From sequence record PP174317.1: a stretch of 64,000 bases of DNA, one strand, 5' to 3'. The position numbers and the translations under genes are program-made. Positions 46,552-59,877 of the stretch are shown piece by piece. Source of the stretch: Acinetobacter phage vB_AbaSt_W16. Numbering within the stretch: the first letter of the stretch is position 1; every line of letters starts with the position of its first letter. The notes beneath the pieces were generated by a model. It saw nothing but the letters and a program-made list of their open reading frames with translations, had not been told where the DNA came from and did no database searches.

Positions 46552-48401
46552 TGACAACTAAAGTAGATTTTTTACCATATGTAGATGGTATTCCAACAGA
46601 CGGCCAACACCGTCTTAGTTGGATTCGTAATGGCGACCTTTTAAATGGTTCTGATACAAAATATGGCAATGAAGGCAATCTAAATGCCTTCGGTGTTGAA
46701 TTGCAAAAAAATATCGTTTTCTTAGCGGAAAATATTGATGTTTTAGAATCAAATGCTAATATTACACAAGAAGAACTTGAAAAAATAAAAGAAATTTTAG
46801 GTGAAGTTGGTACAGGTTCTATCGTCGAAAAGGTTAATGCAAATACAGAGAACATTGAATTAATTAATAAAACTGTTGAAACATTAACAACATCTTTTAA
46901 TGAAAGTAAATTAATATTAAATCAAGCTGTAACCGATATTGGTATTAGAACTGAATTAAATGGACCTAATAATATTTTTACAGATTTAGGTTTTATTAAA
47001 TCTAGAATTGGTAATAATGAAAATGAGGATATTAGCGGATTACCGAGTGATGGCAATCCCGCCTCTGGAATTATCTTAAAAATATTAGATCAAGGAAAAC
47101 AAATTAATAAAAACTTATCGGATTTAGAAGAATTAAATACAAAGTTTAATGATTCAGATATTAGTGGGTTATCCCAAAATATTGATAAGTTACGGTTAGA
47201 ACTTGGTCAATCTCCTGAGCCTAATACTCCGACAGTATACGCTAGACTGAATACATTAGAATCATCAGATAAAAGTGTTAAAGAACATTTAGATGAGATT
47301 GATAATAAAATCGGTTCTGGTAATATATCTGAAAAAGTTGAAATTAATACTGGTGAATTAAATACATTAAAAGATTCTATTAATAACCCAGAAACTGGTA
47401 TTAAAAAATCAATTGAAGATTTAAAACAAAACCAAGATACTCTTTTGACAGATTTGGCTAAAACTAATGAAAGTTTAGAAAATGTAGCAACCAAATCTAA
47501 TACTAATGAAACAAATATTGGCACATTAAATGATACTGTAGGTATTAATAACGACGGTCCAAATACTTTGTTACAGAGAACCGCTAATCTTGAAACTGTG
47601 CAACAAAATCAAACCACGACAATTCAAGATATGGAAGTAATTTTGGGTACAAGCACGACTGGTTTACAAGGTGATGTGCAAAATCTGAAAAAAGCTTTAG
47701 ATGGTGACAGCTCAGCTAGTGATCCTGTTGCACAGGCCGGGCTTAAGGCTATTAGTTCCGCTTTAATTGATAAAACAAACGCTTTACAAGAAACTCAAGA
47801 TCGTATTGTGGCCGCTGGTGCATTTTCGTCTAAAAGCTTTGTTCTTTTAGGGGATGCAACTACAAATGTGGTCGCCAGTGATATTGCGAAAGTTTCACTT
47901 GTGCGAGCTTTACCTCTAATGACAAAGGGCGTAAATGGTGCAAACTCAATTTCAATTTTACCGGATTATGTATCTGCAAAATCTGCTGATGTGATTTTAG
48001 TTAATATTGGTACTTATGATTACTTATTTGATCGGGAATTGGGTACATTGGCTGATGCTAAAGATGGAACAGAAGCTGATACTTTCTATGCAGATGTATA
48101 TAAATTATTCGCAGATTTAACAGCTGGCACTTCCCGTGTTTTAACCTGTACTGGATTTAGATCAAAGGGGTTTAAAGATTCAGTTGTTTCTTATCCAAAT
48201 AATAATGGTGTAAATACTTCATATGATAAGTATGTTTTAGCCGTAACAGAAGTTGCCGATATTTTTGGCATTCCAGTTATTCCAACACACCATGAATTAG
48301 GTATTAGCGCTAAAAATATTGATTTATTCGCAAATTCCGATGGCTTAACAAAATTGGGGATTGATAGATTCTCTATTTTAGTGGCCCAATCATTACGATA
48401 A
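46551..48401 (+). CDS. wac: fibritin (whisker, wac) with a non-foldon C-terminal ~200-aa domain
   Basis: 616 aa; N-terminus homologous to T4 fibritin, long heptad coiled coil; the C-terminus lacks the foldon and instead has a globular domain. Confidence 0.8.
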   Translation: MTTKVDFLPYVDGIPTDGQHRLSWIRNGDLLNGSDTKYGNEGNLNAFGVELQKNIVFLAENIDVLESNANITQEELEKIKEILGEVGTGSIVEKVNANTENIELINKTVETLTTSFNESKLILNQAVTDIGIRTELNGPNNIFTDLGFIKSRIGNNENEDISGLPSDGNPASGIILKILDQGKQINKNLSDLEELNTKFNDSDISGLSQNIDKLRLELGQSPEPNTPTVYARLNTLESSDKSVKEHLDEIDNKIGSGNISEKVEINTGELNTLKDSINNPETGIKKSIEDLKQNQDTLLTDLAKTNESLENVATKSNTNETNIGTLNDTVGINNDGPNTLLQRTANLETVQQNQTTTIQDMEVILGTSTTGLQGDVQNLKKALDGDSSASDPVAQAGLKAISSALIDKTNALQETQDRIVAAGAFSSKSFVLLGDATTNVVASDIAKVSLVRALPLMTKGVNGANSISILPDYVSAKSADVILVNIGTYDYLFDRELGTLADAKDGTEADTFYADVYKLFADLTAGTSRVLTCTGFRSKGFKDSVVSYPNNNGVNTSYDKYVLAVTEVADIFGIPVIPTHHELGISAKNIDLFANSDGLTKLGIDRFSILVAQSLR

Positions 48402-48405
48402 AATA

Positions 48406-48426
48406 AGGGGCGAAAGCCCCTTTTTG
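48406..48426 (+). terminator. rho-independent terminator (AGGGGC-GAAA-GCCCCT-TTTTT)
   Basis: GNRA-loop hairpin followed by a T-run after wac. Confidence 0.8.
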
Positions 48427-48434
48427 AGGTTTAT

Positions 48435-49355
48435 ATGTTTACACAACCAAAAACGCCAAAACAATTAAAAGATGATATATTAATGAGATTGGGTGCGCCT
48501 ATTATTCAAGTAGAAGTCACCGAAGCACAAATATATCAATGTATTCAAAGAGCCCTAGAATTATACGGGGAGTATCACTATAATGGATTAAACAAAACAT
48601 ATATTGCTATTCACATTGGAGATGATGATCAATATAAAAATGGTGTTTTCGATTTAAGTGATGAAAATATTTTTGCGGTGTCACAAATTATTCGAGGCAA
48701 CACAGGATTATTACTAACTTTAGATGGTAGTGCAACCTATTCGTGGGCATCTGATTTTATTTTAGGAATGGCCGGAGTTAACGGTTGTAATTCAGGAACC
48801 CGTGCATTTGGACCTAATGGATTTGGGGCAAACTTGAGTTACTACACGACTATTATGCAGTATTGGTCAATATTACAAAATATGTTTAACCCTATTCCTG
48901 ATTTTTGGTTTAATGACGATACTGGCCAATTAAAGCTATCTGGTAATTTTAAAAAGGGTGATTTAATTTTCTTAGAGGTGTGGGTTAAATCATTTGTTGA
49001 TACAAATTATGCCGTAGGCTCATATGCTGGTTATGGGTATGCGCAAGGTGAACAAAATCCATGGTCGGTTTCAGACCGATATAATAATGCAAATTATAAT
49101 GTAACTGGATATATTGCAGGCGAATCCCAAGGTACAAAACAAGGCGCCTTTAATAATCGTTGGGTAAAAGATTATGCAACTGTATTAGTTAAAGAGTTAA
49201 ATGGTCAAATTTTAGCTAAACATCAAGGAATGCAGTTAGCCGGTGGTACTACAGTAGATGGTGTCAGATTAATTGAGGAAGCCCGGCTAGAAAAAGAGCG
49301 TTTAATTGATGAATTAGACTCATTAGCAGCACCTCCTGGAATTTTAATGGGATAA
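48435..49355 (+). CDS. 13: neck protein gp13
   Basis: 306 aa; position and size match T4 gp13. Confidence 0.85.
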   Translation: MFTQPKTPKQLKDDILMRLGAPIIQVEVTEAQIYQCIQRALELYGEYHYNGLNKTYIAIHIGDDDQYKNGVFDLSDENIFAVSQIIRGNTGLLLTLDGSATYSWASDFILGMAGVNGCNSGTRAFGPNGFGANLSYYTTIMQYWSILQNMFNPIPDFWFNDDTGQLKLSGNFKKGDLIFLEVWVKSFVDTNYAVGSYAGYGYAQGEQNPWSVSDRYNNANYNVTGYIAGESQGTKQGAFNNRWVKDYATVLVKELNGQILAKHQGMQLAGGTTVDGVRLIEEARLEKERLIDELDSLAAPPGILMG

Positions 49356-49359
49356 AAAT

Positions 49360-50133
49360 ATGACTACATTTGATAACCGATTATTCGCTAAATTAGAAAA
49401 TGGTACTGGTTATAACCAAACTAATGAGGGGTCTGTTTTAAATCCATATGTAAATTTTTATCAATTCGAAAATGTTCAAACTTTGCAAGATGCTCTTGTT
49501 GCAGAAAGTATTCAAATGAGAGGTGTTGAATGTTACTATATGCCAAGTCATTTTGTCAATAAAGATGAATTATTTGGCGAAGATGTTCAACGTAAGTTTG
49601 ATAAGGCCTGGAAATTTGCAGCATATTTGGATTCATTTGAGGGATATTCTGGCGCAAACACATTCTTTAGCAAATTTGGTATGCAGGTTGAAGATGAAAT
49701 AACTTTGACTGTAAACCCAAATTTGTTTAAATATCAAGTGAATAATCAAGAACCTAAAGAGGGCGATTTAATTTATTTTAAGATGGACAATTCCTTGTTC
49801 GAAATAACATGGGTAGAACCATATAACCCATTTTATCAAGTTGGTACTAATGCAATGCGTCGCATTACAGCGCAAAAATTCATTTATTCTGGTGAAGAAG
49901 TTAAACCCGTATTACAAAGAAATCCAGGTATACATATTCCAGAATTTGATGAACTTGATCTTGAACCGGTTAATGCATTAAATGATGTTCATGATATTAA
50001 AACACCTCAATACGTTGAAGTAGATCAAATTAATAAAGAAGGTGAAGAAGTTATAGAACCTTATGTAGTTATTAACAATAGGGGTATTATGGGCGATGGG
50101 TCACCTTTTGATGACGACTTTTTAGACGACTGA
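49360..50133 (+). CDS. 14: neck protein gp14
   Basis: 257 aa; position and size match T4 gp14. Confidence 0.85.
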   Translation: MTTFDNRLFAKLENGTGYNQTNEGSVLNPYVNFYQFENVQTLQDALVAESIQMRGVECYYMPSHFVNKDELFGEDVQRKFDKAWKFAAYLDSFEGYSGANTFFSKFGMQVEDEITLTVNPNLFKYQVNNQEPKEGDLIYFKMDNSLFEITWVEPYNPFYQVGTNAMRRITAQKFIYSGEEVKPVLQRNPGIHIPEFDELDLEPVNALNDVHDIKTPQYVEVDQINKEGEEVIEPYVVINNRGIMGDGSPFDDDFLDD

Positions 50134-50168
50134 TAAATATAATTATAGTTTAATTATAAGGATTTGTA

Positions 50169-50762
50169 GTGGATATCAATATTGAAAACATTTTAAAAAC
50201 ATGGTTGCCTGAAGATATTTGTCAGGAATATATTGATATCTTACACAGACCTATAGTAGGCAAAACAGAAAAACATCATATCTTACCTAGATCTCTTTTT
50301 CCTGAACATATTAAAAATCCTAATAATTTAATTGAATTATCAATTTATGATCATCTTGAAGCACACGAATGTTTAGCAAAAACAAATGAACATAAAATGA
50401 TTTTAGCTTTTAATTTTATGTTTACAGCTAATTATAGAAGATATTCTACTTTAACTGAAGATCAAAAATTAAAAGTAAAGGTAAAAAGAACTAAAGCACG
50501 ACTTGCAATGTCTGATGTTAAATCAGAACAGGGAAAACTGTAAAATCCTTTTTATGGAAAAACTCATTCTGATGAGACAAAAGCGATAATAAGCTCGCAT
50601 CATAAAGGCAAAAAATTATCTGCCGATCATATTGCAATTCTTGTTGCTTGTCATAAAGGTAAACCAAAGCGCAAAGTTAAATGTCCTCATTGTGGTCAAT
50701 TAATTGCAATACATGCTAAAAACCGACGACACTTTGATAATTGTGCATATAAGGAGAATTAA
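50169..50762 (+). pseudogene. HNH homing endonuclease gene interrupted by an in-frame TAA (50541-50543) between genes 14 and 15
   Basis: N-terminal part has the HNH motif (KHHILPRS...NNLIELSIYDHLEAH); the same frame continues after TAA with the NUMOD3-like NPFYGKTHSDETKAIIS and a zinc ribbon CPHCG; T4 has no gene here. Confidence 0.7.
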
Positions 50763-51585
50763 AATTTTTGGTCACTGGTACAACTCCTCTCTCCGTCGCT
50801 ATTGTGTTTTAATGGGTGATTTATTCTCTCATGTACAAGTAATGCGTCGGAGAGAAGGTGATAAAATAGAATTAATTAAAGTCCCTATTACATTTGCTTC
50901 AAAAGAACGCTTTATTATGAAACTAGATGCAAAAACATCAGTTAATAATGGAGATGGTTCTATGGCAAAAGTGGAAACAATTTTGCCAAGAATGTGCTTA
51001 AGCTTGGTAGATTTAGTATATAACCCAACATATAAAACAAATATAACAAACAGAACTATCAGGAATCCTGCGAGTAAAACCTCATTAATTTCGCAATATA
51101 ATCCGGTTCCGGTTAAAATGATTTTTGAGTTAAGTGTTTACACTCGACATCAGGATGATATGTTTCAAATTATTGAACAAATATGGCCATATTTTCAACC
51201 ACATTTTTCAACCCAAATGAAAGAATTGCATGGCAATGATATTACATTTGATAGAAATATCAGAGTTACAATGCAGTCGGTGGCCTTAGATAATCAATTA
51301 GAAACAGACAAAACTACACGACGCCGATTGGAAACTGCTTTTATATTTGAAGTTAATGGGTGGTTATACCCACCTGTTGCTGAAATTGCTGGTGAAATTC
51401 GTACAATTTATATTGATCTTTTTGCAAATGAAAAAGAGTTAAATGCCTCAGGACGCTTTGAATCGGTTGACACTCAAGTATCGCCAGAAGATATAGATTA
51501 TAATGATTGGGACGGTAATCTTATACAGTCAGTTTCGGCCAATGTTCCTATTCCTGTTGCACCTGAACCACCTCACCCAAGGTAG
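50704..51585 (+). CDS. 15: tail sheath stabiliser / tail terminator gp15 (start uncertain: ATG at 50704, or ATT at 50764 preceded by an AAGGAG RBS)
   Basis: Conserved region [22 protein letters not shown] aligns with the T4 gp15 N-terminus MFGYFYNSSFRRYATLMGDLFS; rest collinear. Confidence 0.85.
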   Translation: MQYMLKTDDTLIIVHIRRIKIFGHWYNSSLRRYCVLMGDLFSHVQVMRRREGDKIELIKVPITFASKERFIMKLDAKTSVNNGDGSMAKVETILPRMCLSLVDLVYNPTYKTNITNRTIRNPASKTSLISQYNPVPVKMIFELSVYTRHQDDMFQIIEQIWPYFQPHFSTQMKELHGNDITFDRNIRVTMQSVALDNQLETDKTTRRRLETAFIFEVNGWLYPPVAEIAGEIRTIYIDLFANEKELNASGRFESVDTQVSPEDIDYNDWDGNLIQSVSANVPIPVAPEPPHPR

Positions 51586-51590
51586 ATGTT

Positions 51591-52075
51591 ATGAGTAATA
51601 CCCAAAATTTTTTAGATCAAATTATGGACTTCACCGACCTACCCGGGGTTGGCGGTGAAGAACTGGTTGTTTATAAACCATTGGAATTAACTGATGTTGA
51701 ATCTAATCCTCAAGATCGAACTATTGATTTAAATGAAGATTATGCCAAAGTTCGCAAAACATTAGATCATCAACAACAAATGCTTTTTGATGCAGCCAAA
51801 GTTATGCTGGAAACGGCAAAAAATGCAGATTCTCCTAGACATATGGAAGTATTTGCAACCTTGATGGGTCAAATGACTACAACATCAAAAGAAATTCTTA
51901 AACTTCATAAAGAAATGAAAGACATTACAAGTGAAAATGTCTCAACCCAAAACCCAGGGGATAATTCTGGTGTAAATATACAAAACGCGCAAGTATTTGT
52001 CGGGGGTCCTACTGAACTTATGGATAAACTCGGTGATGCTTTTGAAACTAAAAACCTTAATGTGGTAGACGAACA

Positions 52076-52079
<4 letters not shown>
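51591..52079 (+). CDS. 16: terminase small subunit gp16
   Basis: 162 aa; position/size match to T4 gp16. Confidence 0.85.
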
Positions 52080-54365
<2,286 letters not shown>

Positions 54366-54391
54366 TTGAAAAAGAAATAACAGGAGTCATC

Positions 54392-56371
54392 ATGGCTTTA
54401 TTATCTCCAGGTATTGAGTTAAAAGAAAATACCACTCAAAGCACAGTCGTGCAAAATGCTACTGGACGTGCTGCTATGGCGGGCAAGTTTCAGTGGGGCC
54501 CAGCTTTCCAGGTAATTCAAGTTACAAATGAAGTTGAACTTGTTGATTTATTTGGTCAGCCTGATAATGCAACCGCTGATTATTTTATGAGCGCTGCAAA
54601 CTTTTTACAATATGGTAATGACTTGCGTTTAGTCCGTGTTGTAAATGAAGACTCGGCCAAAAACTCTAGCCCTATTGCAGGTCATTTAAAAACAACTATT
54701 ACTGCGTCAGGTAGTAACTATGCTGTAAATGACAAAGTTATTATTAAGTACAATACAACAACTATTGAAGATGCTGGCGTTGTAACTGCGGTTGATAAAG
54801 ACGGCAAAATCTTAAAAATCTTTGTACCTTCTGAAAAAATCATTGCATATGCAAAATCAATCGGTCAATATCCTGCATTAAGTGATTCATGGACTGCAGA
54901 AGTTGTTTCAGTTGCCTCTGGTATTTCTGGTGCAATTAATGTGGATTCTATTGAAACTGATTCTGGTATCTTATTAACTGATCCAGAAAATGCAGACGAA
55001 AAAATTACATCAGTTGCATTCCAAGCTAAACTTGCTGCGTATGCTATGCCTGGTGTTGTTGCATTATATCCAGGTTCAACTGGCGATCAATTAGAAGTTG
55101 AAATTGTATCTAAAGAAACATATGATAAAGGTACATCGGCGCCATTAACAATTTATCCAGCAGGTGGAACGCGTGCATCATTAGCTAAAGCTATTTTTGG
55201 TTATGGTCCACAAAATGAAAATGAATATGCTTTTATTGTTCGTCGTAATGGCGAAGTTGTAGAATCTTATGTTCTTTCAACTGAACGCGGTGCCAAAGAC
55301 ATGTATGGTAGCAACATCTACTTAGATGACTACTTTGCAAGAGGCTCAAGTAATTACATTTTTGCGACAGCACAAGGATTCCCTAAAGGATTCTCGGGTA
55401 TTATCCGTTTATCTGGTGGCTTATCTGCCAACGAAGCAGTTACAGCTGGCGATTTAATGCGCGGTTGGGATAAATTTGCAGATTCAGAAGCACTACATGT
55501 CAATTTAATGATTGCTGGTTCTTGTGCGGGTGAAGATGCAGAAGTTGCATCAACCGTTCAAAAACATGTTGTTGCTCTTGCTGATGAACGTATGGATTGT
55601 TTGGCTCTTATCAGCCCACCACGTGAAACTATTGTAAATATCGGCTTAACTCGCGCTGTTGATAATTTGATTGCATGGCGTGAAGGTACTGGCGCATACG
55701 AAGCGGCTAATATGAATATTAGTTCAACTTATGCATTTATCGATGGTAACTACAAATACCAATATGACAAATATAATGATGTAAACCGTTGGGTTCCATT
55801 GGCTGCTGATATTGCAGGTCTTTGTGCCCGCACTGATGATATCTCTCAACCTTGGATGTCACCAGCCGGTTATGTCCGTGGTCAAATTCTTAATTGCATT
55901 AAACTTGCTATTGAGCCTCGTAAAGCACAGCGTGATAGATTATATCAAGATTCTATTAACCCAGTTATTGGTGCTCAAGGCGGCGATGGTTTCTTACTTT
56001 TTGGTGATAAAACAGCAACTAAAGTTCCATCTCCATTTGACCGTGTAAACGTACGCCGTTTATTCAATATGCTTAAAAAGAATATTGGTGACGCATCTAA
56101 ATTCCGTTTATTCGAAATTAATGACGCATTTACTCGTAGTTCATTCCGGATGGAAACAACTGCGTACTTAGCGGGTATTAAATCGCTTGGCGGTGTATAC
56201 GATTTCCGAGTAGTATGTGATGAGACAAATAATACTCCGGCGGTTATTGATCGCAATGAATTTGTTGCTACATTCTATATTAAACCGGCGCGTGCAATTA
56301 ACTTCATTCAATTGAACTTTGTTGCTACTGCAACAGGTGCTGATTTTGATGAAATCATTGGTCGTCAATAA
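54392..56371 (+). CDS. 18: tail sheath protein gp18
   Basis: 659 aa (same length as T4 gp18); MALLSPGIELKE N-terminus. Confidence 0.95.
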   Translation: MALLSPGIELKENTTQSTVVQNATGRAAMAGKFQWGPAFQVIQVTNEVELVDLFGQPDNATADYFMSAANFLQYGNDLRLVRVVNEDSAKNSSPIAGHLKTTITASGSNYAVNDKVIIKYNTTTIEDAGVVTAVDKDGKILKIFVPSEKIIAYAKSIGQYPALSDSWTAEVVSVASGISGAINVDSIETDSGILLTDPENADEKITSVAFQAKLAAYAMPGVVALYPGSTGDQLEVEIVSKETYDKGTSAPLTIYPAGGTRASLAKAIFGYGPQNENEYAFIVRRNGEVVESYVLSTERGAKDMYGSNIYLDDYFARGSSNYIFATAQGFPKGFSGIIRLSGGLSANEAVTAGDLMRGWDKFADSEALHVNLMIAGSCAGEDAEVASTVQKHVVALADERMDCLALISPPRETIVNIGLTRAVDNLIAWREGTGAYEAANMNISSTYAFIDGNYKYQYDKYNDVNRWVPLAADIAGLCARTDDISQPWMSPAGYVRGQILNCIKLAIEPRKAQRDRLYQDSINPVIGAQGGDGFLLFGDKTATKVPSPFDRVNVRRLFNMLKKNIGDASKFRLFEINDAFTRSSFRMETTAYLAGIKSLGGVYDFRVVCDETNNTPAVIDRNEFVATFYIKPARAINFIQLNFVATATGADFDEIIGRQ

Positions 56372-56412
56372 TAAAATGGGCCTTCGGGCCCTAATAAATT
56401 AAGGATAAAATA

Positions 56413-56904
56413 ATGGAAATTACTGATATTCTCCGAGCATTTGAATCAGGCGACTTTGCCCGTCCTAACCTGTTTCAATTAGAAATTCCTTATTTAGGTA
56501 AGAATTTCACATTTAAAGCAAAAGCTACAGCAATGCCACCAGGCCAAGTCGATAAAATTGCTATTGGCTTTATGAACCGTAAATTTAATATCGGTGGTGA
56601 TCGTACATTTGACGATTGGAGTTGTACAATTTACAATGATGACGCACATGATACTCGTCAACAAATTTTAGATTGGCAAGCATTAGTCCATGGCCAAGGT
56701 GCTGAAATTACAGGTTCTACTCCCGCTGAGTATAAGAAAACTGCTATTATTCGTCAATATGGCCGTGATGGTAAAACTATTACCAAAGAACATACCATTT
56801 ATGGATTATGGCCGACTTTGGTTGGTGAAGTGGCACTAGACTGGGATACAAATTCGGAAGTAGAAACATTTGAGTGTACATTTGCACTTGATTACTGGAT
56901 TTAA
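56413..56904 (+). CDS. 19: tail tube protein gp19
   Basis: 163 aa (same length as T4 gp19). Confidence 0.9.
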   Translation: MEITDILRAFESGDFARPNLFQLEIPYLGKNFTFKAKATAMPPGQVDKIAIGFMNRKFNIGGDRTFDDWSCTIYNDDAHDTRQQILDWQALVHGQGAEITGSTPAEYKKTAIIRQYGRDGKTITKEHTIYGLWPTLVGEVALDWDTNSEVETFECTFALDYWI

Positions 56905-56911
56905 TTTGCGA

Positions 56912-56949
56912 AATCCGATTGATATAAATAATTCTATATCAATCGGATT
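56912..56949 (+). other. perfect 15-bp inverted repeat (AATCCGATTGATATA / TATATCAATCGGATT, 8-nt loop) between genes 19 and 20; no U-run
   Basis: Exact reverse complement arms. Confidence 0.6.
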
Positions 56950-56962
56950 CAGTCTGTAGGAG

Positions 56963-58525
56963 ATGAGTATGCTAGCGGATAGTGATTTGAAAATGTTCGC
57001 ATTCTGGCACAAAGTTGACGACACAGAATACGACAAAATTATTAACGATAAAGCAGAATCTATTACTGCCCCAAAGTTTGATGACGGTGCGACAGAAGTT
57101 GATTCGCAAGATATTGCATATAATGGTGTATTCCAAAAACTTTATGGTAGCCAGGACCCAACGGCAACATCCACACGCGAATTAATCAATACTTATCGCA
57201 GTTTATTAAATAATTATGAAGTTGATAATGCTGTACAAGAAATTGTTTCAGATGCAATTGTATATGAAGAGGGTTTTGATGTAGTTTCAATTGATTTGGA
57301 TCAAACCGCTTTTACCGAAAATATTAGAAATTTAATTTCAGATGAATTTAATTCTGTTTTAAATATGTTAAATTTTCAACGCAAAGGTTCTGATCATTTT
57401 AAACGTTGGTACGTCGATTCTCGTGTATTTTTTCATAAAATTATCAACCCAAATAGGCCAAAAGATGGAATTATTGAACTTCGTCGATTAGATCCACGTA
57501 ATGTTCAATTCGTCCGTGAACTTGACACCAAAATGGAAAATGGTGTTAAAGTTGTAAAAGGTTATCGCGAATATTTTTTATATGATACAGAATTAGAATC
57601 ATATCAATGCGGTCATCAACATTTTGCAGCTGGTACAAAAATTAAAATTCCATATTCTGCTATGGTTTATGCCCATTCGGGATTAGTAGACTGTTGTGGT
57701 AAAAATATTATCGGATATTTACATAGAGCAGTAAAACCGGCAAATCAATTAAAATTGCTTGAAGACGCAATGATGATTTACCGTATTACACGTGCTCCAG
57801 ACCGTCGTGTTTTTTATATTGATACCGGTAATATGCCTGCTCGTAAAGCTGCACAACATATGCAGCATATTATGAATTCACATAGAAATAGAATTTCATA
57901 TGATGCAAGAACGGGTAAAGTAAAAAATCAAGCCAATATGATGGCCTTAACTGAGGATTATTGGCTACAACGACGTGATGGTAAAGCTGTCACAGAAGTT
58001 GAAACATTACCAGGTATGACCGGAATGAATGAAATGGATGACATTTTATATTTCCGTAAAGCACTTTATATGGCGCTTAGAGTACCATTATCACGTATTC
58101 CTGATGAACAAACACAAAATGTGTTTGATATGTCAACGGCTATTTCAAGAGATGAATTATCATTTGATAAGTTTATTTCGGAATTACAACATAAATTTGA
58201 GGAAATTTTCCTCAGTCCGTTAAAAAGTAATCTTTTACTTAAACGCGTAATTACAGAAGATGAGTGGGAAGCAGAACTAAATAATATTAAGATTGTGTTC
58301 CACAAAAATTCATACTTTTCAGAAATGAAAACGATTGAAATAACGGAACGCCGCGTTAATGTTTTAAGTTTAATGGAACCTTATATTGGAAAGTATATTT
58401 CTAACCATACTGCCATGAAAGACTTCTTGCAAATGTCAGACGAAGACATCGCAGCCGAACGAAAGCTCATTGATGAAGAGCTATCAGACAAAATATTTAA
58501 CCCACCAGAACCAGAGGAAATCTAA
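56963..58525 (+). CDS. 20: portal vertex protein gp20
   Basis: 520 aa; position/size match to T4 gp20. Confidence 0.92.
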   Translation: MSMLADSDLKMFAFWHKVDDTEYDKIINDKAESITAPKFDDGATEVDSQDIAYNGVFQKLYGSQDPTATSTRELINTYRSLLNNYEVDNAVQEIVSDAIVYEEGFDVVSIDLDQTAFTENIRNLISDEFNSVLNMLNFQRKGSDHFKRWYVDSRVFFHKIINPNRPKDGIIELRRLDPRNVQFVRELDTKMENGVKVVKGYREYFLYDTELESYQCGHQHFAAGTKIKIPYSAMVYAHSGLVDCCGKNIIGYLHRAVKPANQLKLLEDAMMIYRITRAPDRRVFYIDTGNMPARKAAQHMQHIMNSHRNRISYDARTGKVKNQANMMALTEDYWLQRRDGKAVTEVETLPGMTGMNEMDDILYFRKALYMALRVPLSRIPDEQTQNVFDMSTAISRDELSFDKFISELQHKFEEIFLSPLKSNLLLKRVITEDEWEAELNNIKIVFHKNSYFSEMKTIEITERRVNVLSLMEPYIGKYISNHTAMKDFLQMSDEDIAAERKLIDEELSDKIFNPPEPEEI

Positions 58526-58776
58526 TGAGCGATATTATCCAAGCCATTAATTCCAACGACCTTGTAAAATTTAAGCGATGCTTTGCTGAAGCTATGAAGG
58601 AAAAAGTTGGAAAAATCTTAAAAGAAGAACAACTTGCTATTGCCAAAAGCATCATGGTTGAAGGCGAATATGTTGTTGAATCAGAAGAAGACGCTATCGA
58701 AGATGAAGACGATGGCTCTAATGATGCAGACAATGATGATAAAAAGAAAAAGAATCATAAAAAAGACGAGGACTAA
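58525..58776 (+). CDS. 67: prohead core protein gp67
   Basis: 83 aa; acidic C-terminal tail; follows the portal gene as in T4. Confidence 0.65.
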   Translation: MSDIIQAINSNDLVKFKRCFAEAMKEKVGKILKEEQLAIAKSIMVEGEYVVESEEDAIEDEDDGSNDADNDDKKKKNHKKDED

Positions 58777-58778
58777 AA

Positions 58779-59204
58779 ATGCAACTTATTGTTGAGAACG
58801 AATTAGTTTTTGATGATGTAGTTAATTTTTTGCCAGAAGCTGAACAACGATTTAAGGATTTATCTGCTGTATTTTCACATGAAGAAATTCAACGTATCGT
58901 CGAAAATATGGTAGATAAAACACCTATTATGGCAATTGCATTAGGTTCACTTGTTGAATCTATGCCATTAAATGAATTTATGGTTAAGCATGTTAGTTCT
59001 AAAGGTGAATTAACTCGCACCAAAGACCGTAAAACTCGTCAGCGTCTTGCATTTCAAACTACAGGTTTATCTAAATCAGCTCGCCGCCAAATCGCTCGCA
59101 AAGCTGTTAAAACCAAAAAAGCTAATCCAAATGATCAAATTCGTGCCCAAAAGAAAATTAAAAAGGCAAAACTTAAACGTAAATCAATGTATGGATTAGA
59201 CTAA
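58779..59204 (+). CDS. 68: prohead core protein gp68
   Basis: 141 aa (same length as T4 gp68); basic C-terminus. Confidence 0.65.
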   Translation: MQLIVENELVFDDVVNFLPEAEQRFKDLSAVFSHEEIQRIVENMVDKTPIMAIALGSLVESMPLNEFMVKHVSSKGELTRTKDRKTRQRLAFQTTGLSKSARRQIARKAVKTKKANPNDQIRAQKKIKKAKLKRKSMYGLD

Positions 59205-59848
59205 TGACCGAAGAAATGCTACTTATTGAGCATTGGGGTCAACCAGCAACCGTTAATGATGTTACACCGACGATGATTAGCGAATCAGCTAATGGTAAAT
59301 TAAAACCGGGATTATATATCGAAGGTGTATTTCTTCAAGCAGAAGTAGTTAATAGAAATAAGCGTCTTTATCCAAAACGTATTCTTGAAACTGCTGTTGA
59401 TAAGTACATTAAAGAACAGGTTGTTACAATGCAGGCTTTGGGTGAATTAAATCATCCTGCTCGAGCCCATGTTGATCCAATGCAAGCTGCCATTATCATT
59501 GAAGATATGTGGTGGGAAGGTAATAATGTTATGGGCCGCGCTCGTATTATTGAGGGTGATAATGGTCCAGGTGATAAACTTGCTGCAAATATTAGAGCAG
59601 GCTGGATTCCAGGAGTATCTAGTCGAGGTTTAGGGTCAATTAAAAGTTCCGGCCGAGGTTATAATATTGTACAAGAAGGTTTCCGTTTAACAGTGGGTGT
59701 AGATGCTGTTTGGGGCCCAAGTGCACCTGATGCCTTTGTTACACCAAAACAAATTACTGAGAGTGTAGAACCAGCTGAAGAACCGGTTAAAAGTTCAAGT
59801 GCTGATTCAGCTTTTAAAACCTTAATTGGCAACTTAAAAGCATTATAA
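59204..59848 (+). CDS. 21: prohead core scaffold protease gp21
   Basis: 214 aa; position/size match. Confidence 0.88.
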   Translation: MTEEMLLIEHWGQPATVNDVTPTMISESANGKLKPGLYIEGVFLQAEVVNRNKRLYPKRILETAVDKYIKEQVVTMQALGELNHPARAHVDPMQAAIIIEDMWWEGNNVMGRARIIEGDNGPGDKLAANIRAGWIPGVSSRGLGSIKSSGRGYNIVQEGFRLTVGVDAVWGPSAPDAFVTPKQITESVEPAEEPVKSSSADSAFKTLIGNLKAL

Positions 59849-59851
59849 ATA
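59844..59851 (+). promoter_or_regulatory. late promoter TATAAATA for gene 22 (overlaps the gene 21 stop)
   Basis: Exact consensus 26 nt upstream of the ATG at 59878. Confidence 0.6.
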
Positions 59852-59877
59852 AAAGTATATTAAAACAGGACACCAAA

